64,000 bases of DNA from an uncultured Holosporaceae bacterium (GTDB taxonomy: Bacteria > Pseudomonadota > Alphaproteobacteria > UBA3830 > CASESI01). Where the stretch lies: NCBI GenBank assembly GCA_949290705.1, contig CASESI010000001.1:37783-101782 (forward strand), given 5' to 3'. The notes below the pieces were generated by a model that worked only from the letters and a program-made list of their open reading frames with translations, was not told where the DNA came from and made no database searches. A program made the translations under genes and the position numbers. Positions 58,469-64,000 of the stretch are shown here, piece by piece (within the stretch, counting starts at the first letter, position 1; the number at the start of each line of letters is the position of its first letter).

Positions 58469-61400
58469 TAAATTTCAGAAGGTATTTGGTGGATCTAATG
58501 TTCGTGATTTGAATAGTTTTGATTCTATAAGAATCTCCATAGCTAGTCCAGAGCGTATAAGATCTTGGTCGTATGGTGAGGTGAAAAAACCTGAGACGAT
58601 TAATTACCGTACTTTTAAGCCAGAGAAAGACGGACTTTTCTGTTCAAGAATTTTTGGTCCTGTGAAGGATTACGAATGTTTATGCGGTAAATATAAGCGC
58701 ATGAAGTACAAAGGTGTGATCTGTGAAAAATGCGGTGTTGAGGTTATTCAATCTCGTGTGAGACGTGAAAGGATGGGACACATTGACCTTGCTGCTCCTG
58801 TGGCGCATATTTGGTATGTGAAGTCAATCCCAAGTAAGATTGCATTGTTGCTTGATATCACTGCAAAAGATATGAAAAAGATTCTCTATTTCGAGAGTTA
58901 CGTTTTGATTGATCCAGGTGTCACTTTGTTTAACAAATACGATTTGTTGACGGAGGATGAGTATTATGATGCTTTGGATAAGTATGGTGAAGATACTTTT
59001 ACTGTTGGTACAGGCGCTGAAGCAATCCGTGATATGCTTAAAAGTTTAAATCTTGAAGAAGAGATGCGTTTTGTGATGGAAAAAATCGAGGAGGTTTCTT
59101 CTGATCTTATAAAAAAGCGTCTTGAGAAAAGGTTAAAGCTTATAAATGATTTCTTGCATTCAAACAGCAAACCTGAGTGGATGATTTTGGAATGTATTCC
59201 TGTTCTTCCACCGGATCTAAGGCCTTTGGTTCCACTTGAAGGTGGTAGATTTGCAAGTTCTGACTTGAACGATTTGTACAGGCGTGTGATCAATAGAAAT
59301 AATCGTTTGAAGAGGTTATTGGAATTACAGGCTCCTGATATTATCATTCGAAATGAGAAACGTATGCTCCAGGAAGCTGTTGATGCATTGTTTGATAATG
59401 GAAGAAGCGGAAAGGTTTTGACTGGTGGATCGAATCGTCCTTTGAAATCTTTGTCTGATATGCTTAAAGGTAAGCAAGGTCGTTTCAGACAGAATCTTCT
59501 TGGAAAGCGTGTTGATTACTCAGGTCGTTCCGTTGTTGTTGTTGGACCAGAGCTAAAATTGCACGAATGCGGTCTTCCAAAAAATATGGCACTTGAGTTA
59601 TTCAAACCTTTCGTTTATTCAAAGCTTGAAAGGTATGGTATTGCAAACACATTAAAGACTGCAAAACGTATGGTGGAGCGTGAAACACCGGAGGTTTGGG
59701 ATATTTTGGAAGAAGTGATCAAAGAACATCCTGTGCTTTTAAACCGTGCTCCTACGTTGCACAGGCTTGGTATTCAAGCTTTTGAGCCGCATTTGATTGA
59801 TGGTAAGGCTATACAATTGCATCCTCTTGTTTGTAAAGCATTCAATGCGGATTTCGATGGTGACCAAATGGCTGTACACGTCCCTTTGTCGACAGAAGCT
59901 CAGATGGAAGCTAGGGTTTTGATGATGTCAAGTAATAACATATTAAGCCCTGCAAGCGGAAAGCCAATTATTGATCACAGAATTGATATGTTGCTTGGTA
60001 TGTATTACTTAACAATGGAACTTCCAAAGAAAGACGGAGAAAAAATACATTTGTTTGTTTCTGATGCCGAAATTGATGCTGCGCTTGAGAATGGTGATGT
60101 TGTTTTGCAATCAAGAATAAAGTATCAATTTAAAGATGGAAAGGTATACGATACAACTGTTGGACGTACAATTTTTGGAAGAATTTTACCAAAAGAAGTA
60201 GAATTTTCGATGATCAATAAAACTTTTGCAAAGTCTGCGTTGTCGGAAATGATTACGTATGTTTTCGAACATTGCGGTCAAAAGGATACTGTTGTTTTTG
60301 CTGACCAGATTAAAAATCTTGGATTTAAATATTCAACCGAATCAGGTGTTTCTTTCGGTAAAGATGATTTGATAGTGTCAGATAAGAAGAATAAGCTTAT
60401 TGCTGATACACAAAAGAAAATCAGTGAATATGAAAAGCAATACGAAGATGGTTTGATCACACACGGTGAAAAATATAACAAAGTCATCGATGCTTGGACC
60501 AATTGTTCTGATGAGATCGGAAAGATCATGTTGGAAGAGATGTCAAAGATGATGTCTGATGGGAAACCAAACTCTGTTTTCATGATGGCAGATTCTGGGG
60601 CAAGAGGTTCCGTGACACAGTTAAGGCAGATTGTCGGTATGAGAGGGTTGATGGCTCGTACTTCTGGTAAGATTATTGAAACTCCAATTATTTCAAACTT
60701 TAAGGAAGGTTTGTCGGTGTTTGAATATTCTATTTCAACTCATGGTTCACGTAAAGGTTTGACGGATACTGCATTGAAGACAGCAAACTCTGGTTATTTA
60801 ACTCGTAGGCTTGTTGATGTTGCACAAGATTGTGTGATTTCGATGCATGATTGTGGAACAGAAGACGGTTTGAATTTCGGTGACGTGATCGAAGGAAGTG
60901 ATTTGATTGCTACTATTGCAGAGCGAATTCTTGGACGTGTTTTAGCTGCTGATGTCGTTCATCCAAAAACAGGAGAGGTTTTGTACACTCGTGGAACTTT
61001 AGTTGATGAAGCGATTGCGAAGGCGATTGGAGATAGTGGTGTTGCATCCGTAAAGGTGCGCTCTGCATTGACTTGTAAGGCAGAGAGAGGAATTTGTGCA
61101 AAGTGTTATGGACGTGACCTTGCCTCAAAGCGTTTGATAAGCATAGGAGAAAGCGTTGGTATCGTTGCTGCACAGTCTGTTGGTGAACCTGGTACACAGT
61201 TGACATTACGTACATTCCACGTTGGAGGTGCTGCTCAGAGTGGATCGGAAAGATCTTCGATTGAATCACCATTGCCAGATATGTATGTGCATTTTGATAA
61301 CTGTCATACTGAAAAGAATACTCACGGTGTTGATGTGGTTATGACCAAACGTGCAGAATTGTTGCTTTCCGATGAAAATGGTAAGGGAAAAGCAAAGTAT

Positions 61401-62660
61401 AAAATTCCATACGGTTCTTCGCTTTTCGTAACGGAAGGTCAAAAAGTTGATCGTGGTACAAGAATTGCAGAGTGGGATCCTTATGTTATACCTTTAATTA
61501 CGGAGCAATCTGGATATGTAAAATTTGTGGATGTGATCGAGGATGTGTCAATGCATAATGTGATAGATGAATCTACAGGTCTTTCTACGAAAGCTATTAT
61601 TGATTGGCGTCAATATGCAAAGAATTCAGATTTGAAACCAAGGATTGTTTTAACTGATAAAGATGGAAATGTTATCAAGTTGAAGAATGGTCAGGAAACA
61701 AGGATCATGTTATCTGTTGATACTGTGATTTCTGTTGATGAAGGGGATTTCGTCCAAAAGGGTGATATCGTTGCAAAGATGCCAAGAGAGAGCGTCACGA
61801 CAAAGGATATTACAGGAGGTTTGCCTCGTGTAGTTGAATTGTTTGAAGCAAGAAAACCAAAAGATGGATTTGTGATTGCTGATGCTGATGGTGTGATTGA
61901 GTTTGCTGCAGATTTCAAGGGAAGAAAGCAGGTTTATCTCAATGCTAATGATGGATCTCGTTATGAATACATTGTTCCAAAGAACAGGTATTTAGCTGTT
62001 CAGGATGGTGATACTGTAAGGAAGGGAGATTTAATCGTTGAAGGTGCAACTGTACCACACGATATTCTCCGCGTAATGGGTGTTGAAGCTTTGGCGGATT
62101 ATTTCGTCAATGAAATCCAGTCTGTTTACAGATTACAAGGTGTGCAGATCAACGATAAGCATATTGAAATAATTTTAAAACAGATGCTTCGTAAGGTTGA
62201 GATTACAAATCCTGGTGATACAAAGTTCCTTATTGGTGAGGTTATAGATCGTAAGATTGTAAATCAGAGGAATTCGACTGTCGATGGAGAGAAGGCAAAG
62301 TATATTGATGTTTTGCAGGGGATTACAAAAGCTTCGTTGCAGACAGAGTCATTTATTTCTGCTGCTTCATTCCAAGAAACAACAAAGGTGTTAACCGATG
62401 TTGCGATTAAAGGTAAGGTCGATCACTTAGTTGGGCTTAAAGAGAATCTCACACTTGGAAGGTTGATACCTGCTGGTACGGGGCTTTATACAATGTTTTA
62501 TAAGAAGAAGGCTCTTGAAGAGGATATTGCCTTTAAAGAGGCTGAGAAAAATAGTCGTTTGGAAAATGACGATGAGTTATCAGTTGATGAAAATGTTGTC
62601 TTGCAAGGTAATCAAGATAACGCAGCAGGTGATGATAATTCAAACCAACATGGAGTGTAA
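58461..62660 (+). CDS. rpoC: DNA-directed RNA polymerase subunit beta'
   Basis: Zn-binding [20 protein letters not shown], catalytic [14 protein letters not shown], and trigger loop/bridge helix regions. The ATG at 58461 overlaps the rpoB stop by 8 nt. Confidence 0.99.
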   Translation: MFNKFQKVFGGSNVRDLNSFDSIRISIASPERIRSWSYGEVKKPETINYRTFKPEKDGLFCSRIFGPVKDYECLCGKYKRMKYKGVICEKCGVEVIQSRVRRERMGHIDLAAPVAHIWYVKSIPSKIALLLDITAKDMKKILYFESYVLIDPGVTLFNKYDLLTEDEYYDALDKYGEDTFTVGTGAEAIRDMLKSLNLEEEMRFVMEKIEEVSSDLIKKRLEKRLKLINDFLHSNSKPEWMILECIPVLPPDLRPLVPLEGGRFASSDLNDLYRRVINRNNRLKRLLELQAPDIIIRNEKRMLQEAVDALFDNGRSGKVLTGGSNRPLKSLSDMLKGKQGRFRQNLLGKRVDYSGRSVVVVGPELKLHECGLPKNMALELFKPFVYSKLERYGIANTLKTAKRMVERETPEVWDILEEVIKEHPVLLNRAPTLHRLGIQAFEPHLIDGKAIQLHPLVCKAFNADFDGDQMAVHVPLSTEAQMEARVLMMSSNNILSPASGKPIIDHRIDMLLGMYYLTMELPKKDGEKIHLFVSDAEIDAALENGDVVLQSRIKYQFKDGKVYDTTVGRTIFGRILPKEVEFSMINKTFAKSALSEMITYVFEHCGQKDTVVFADQIKNLGFKYSTESGVSFGKDDLIVSDKKNKLIADTQKKISEYEKQYEDGLITHGEKYNKVIDAWTNCSDEIGKIMLEEMSKMMSDGKPNSVFMMADSGARGSVTQLRQIVGMRGLMARTSGKIIETPIISNFKEGLSVFEYSISTHGSRKGLTDTALKTANSGYLTRRLVDVAQDCVISMHDCGTEDGLNFGDVIEGSDLIATIAERILGRVLAADVVHPKTGEVLYTRGTLVDEAIAKAIGDSGVASVKVRSALTCKAERGICAKCYGRDLASKRLISIGESVGIVAAQSVGEPGTQLTLRTFHVGGAAQSGSERSSIESPLPDMYVHFDNCHTEKNTHGVDVVMTKRAELLLSDENGKGKAKYKIPYGSSLFVTEGQKVDRGTRIAEWDPYVIPLITEQSGYVKFVDVIEDVSMHNVIDESTGLSTKAIIDWRQYAKNSDLKPRIVLTDKDGNVIKLKNGQETRIMLSVDTVISVDEGDFVQKGDIVAKMPRESVTTKDITGGLPRVVELFEARKPKDGFVIADADGVIEFAADFKGRKQVYLNANDGSRYEYIVPKNRYLAVQDGDTVRKGDLIVEGATVPHDILRVMGVEALADYFVNEIQSVYRLQGVQINDKHIEIILKQMLRKVEITNPGDTKFLIGEVIDRKIVNQRNSTVDGEKAKYIDVLQGITKASLQTESFISAASFQETTKVLTDVAIKGKVDHLVGLKENLTLGRLIPAGTGLYTMFYKKKALEEDIAFKEAEKNSRLENDDELSVDENVVLQGNQDNAAGDDNSNQHGV

Positions 62661-62709
62661 AATGGAGTTAAGCCAGGTTTGATTATGGTTGACATTAATC
62701 AAATTTTGC

Positions 62710-62738
62710 TTGACATTTGTAAAGTTTTATGATATGTT
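62710..62738 (+). promoter_or_regulatory. Sigma-70 promoter (TTGACA-17-TATGTT) for rpsL-rpsG-fusA
   Basis: -35 TTGACA at 62710-62715 and -10 at 62733-62738. A second TTGACATT copy lies 21 nt upstream (62689-62696). Confidence 0.45.
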
Positions 62739-62770
62739 AAAAAAGGTTATAGTTTTGTGAGGGGATTGTT

Positions 62771-63145
62771 TTGCCTACAATAAATCAGTTAGTTAGAAAA
62801 CCAAGGGTTAGTATAAAAAAGAGGACCAAGGCTATCGTTTTGAATGCTTGTCCTCAGAAAAGAGGGGTTTGTACCCGTGTTACAACAACAACGCCAAAGA
62901 AGCCTAACTCGGCTTTGCGTAAGATATGCCGTGTTAGATTGACAAATGGTGCGGAGGTTACTGCATACATTCCAGGAGAAGGACACAATTTACAAGAGCA
63001 CTCTGTGGTTCTTATAAGAGGTGGTCGTGTGAAAGACTTGCCAGGTGTCGGTTATCATGTGATTCGTGGCGCACTTGATACACAAGGTGTTGCAAAAAGG
63101 AAGCAAGCAAGGTCGAAATATGGTGCAAAGAAAGCCAAGGCTTGA
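62771..63145 (+). CDS. rpsL: 30S ribosomal protein S12
   Basis: [11 protein letters not shown]...[13 protein letters not shown]...[13 protein letters not shown]. The apparent start codon is TTG. Confidence 0.98.
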   Translation: MPTINQLVRKPRVSIKKRTKAIVLNACPQKRGVCTRVTTTTPKKPNSALRKICRVRLTNGAEVTAYIPGEGHNLQEHSVVLIRGGRVKDLPGVGYHVIRGALDTQGVAKRKQARSKYGAKKAKA

Positions 63146-63172
63146 TTTTGTGTATAATTTGGAGTTTTAATT

Positions 63173-63643
63173 ATGTCTCGTAGAAGAACAACGGCAAAAA
63201 GGGATATCATTCCTGATTACAAATATGATAGTGTGGTGGTTTCAAAGTTTATCAATGCTTTGATGATGAGCGGTAAGAAATCCATTGCTCAGAATATACT
63301 TTATACGGCAATTGATGTGCTTGCAGAAAAATCTTCAAAAGATCATTTGGAGGTTTTTTTAGAGGTGCTTGATAACGTTAAGCCAAGGCTTGAGGTTAAG
63401 TCTCGTCGTGTTGGCGGTGCGACGTATCAGGTTCCAATGGATGTTAAACCTGCAAGGGCACAGGCGCTGGCAATTAAATGGTTAATCGAAAGTGCTGCTT
63501 CAAGATCTGAGAAGACGATGGAAGACAGGCTTGCTGGTGAGTTTGTTGATGCGTTCAATTTACGCGGTGGCGCTATGAAGAAGAGAGAAGATTCTCATAA
63601 AATGGCTGATGCAAACCGTGCATTCTCTCATTATCGTTGGTGA
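63173..63643 (+). CDS. rpsG: 30S ribosomal protein S7
   Basis: [18 protein letters not shown]...[10 protein letters not shown]...AFSHYRW. Confidence 0.98.
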   Translation: MSRRRTTAKRDIIPDYKYDSVVVSKFINALMMSGKKSIAQNILYTAIDVLAEKSSKDHLEVFLEVLDNVKPRLEVKSRRVGGATYQVPMDVKPARAQALAIKWLIESAASRSEKTMEDRLAGEFVDAFNLRGGAMKKREDSHKMADANRAFSHYRW

Positions 63644-63648
63644 TCGAA

Positions 63649-64000
63649 ATGGCTGAAGAAAGAAAAGTTCCTTTGGAAAAGTACAGGAATATCGGTATCA
63701 TGGCTCATATTGATGCCGGTAAAACTACAACAACTGAAAGAATCCTTTATTACACCGGAAAGTCGTACAAAATTGGTGAGGTGCATGAAGGTGCTGCAAC
63801 AATGGACTGGATGGAGCAGGAACAGGAAAGAGGTATTACGATTACTTCGGCTGCGACAACATGTTTTTGGAATGGCTATCGTGTGAATATTATCGATACC
63901 CCAGGCCACGTTGACTTTACTGTTGAGGTCGAGAGATCACTTCGTGTTCTTGATGGCGCTGTTGCTGTTTTCGATGGTGTTGCTGGTGTTGAACCACAAT
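63649..64000 (+). CDS. fusA: Elongation factor G, N-terminal fragment running off the window edge
   Basis: My translation from the ATG at 63649 gives [37 protein letters not shown]...[18 protein letters not shown] (G1 and G3 motifs). The ORF track does not list it because the window ends before any stop. Confidence 0.97.
   Translation, partial: MAEERKVPLEKYRNIGIMAHIDAGKTTTTERILYYTGKSYKIGEVHEGAATMDWMEQEQERGITITSAATTCFWNGYRVNIIDTPGHVDFTVEVERSLRVLDGAVAVFDGVAGVEPQ

Noticed and set aside
62771-62773. TTG start codons for rpsL (62771) and surE (14895).
   Set aside because: These are unusual but legitimate bacterial start codons. The N-termini align with homologues, so there is nothing more to explain.

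Overview
Gene-dense, AT-rich chromosomal segment: about 52 protein genes, 2 tRNAs, and very short or overlapping gene junctions. I saw no rRNA, CRISPR array, transposase, integrase or phage genes. The content reads like a reduced-genome alphaproteobacterium, probably an obligate intracellular Rickettsiales/Holosporales-like organism. That placement is inference from a CpdR-like single-domain response regulator, an alpha-type FtsL, a 17-kDa-antigen-type glycine-zipper lipoprotein, a secreted patatin-like phospholipase, a ProP-like MFS transporter and a short ComEC. Most genes are housekeeping: uvrA (partial), rsmH-ftsL-ftsI, hscA and an iscS-like gene, tolC, map, dnaE, surE, dapA-smpB, pheT, glmM, rho, kdsA, ettA, fabD, hpf-rpoN, uppS, gatC, frr, ligA, gatAB, tatD, and rpoB-rpoC-rpsL-rpsG-fusA (partial). 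Flagellar genes are scattered: flgH sits alone and flgB-flgC-fliE form a small cluster. The most unusual observation is a class III (anaerobic) ribonucleotide reductase gene interrupted by one in-frame TAA. The glycyl-radical domain falls in a separate 79-aa ORF with its own Shine-Dalgarno-like site and ATG, and no nrdG activase is adjacent. Other points worth a second look:
- a higher-GC block at about 20.2-29.6 kb
- three orphan secreted proteins, one 635 aa long with an internal duplication and an in-frame 54-nt tandem repeat
- a perfect 11-nt tandem repeat that forms a full CtrA box (TTAA-N7-TTAAC)
- an IscS-like enzyme with a signal-peptide-like N-terminal extension
- recurrent extended -10 promoters placed very close to start codons
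I found no clear multi-gene novel system such as a defence island or toxin module. All calls come from reading the sequence and ORF translations by eye, with no database search.
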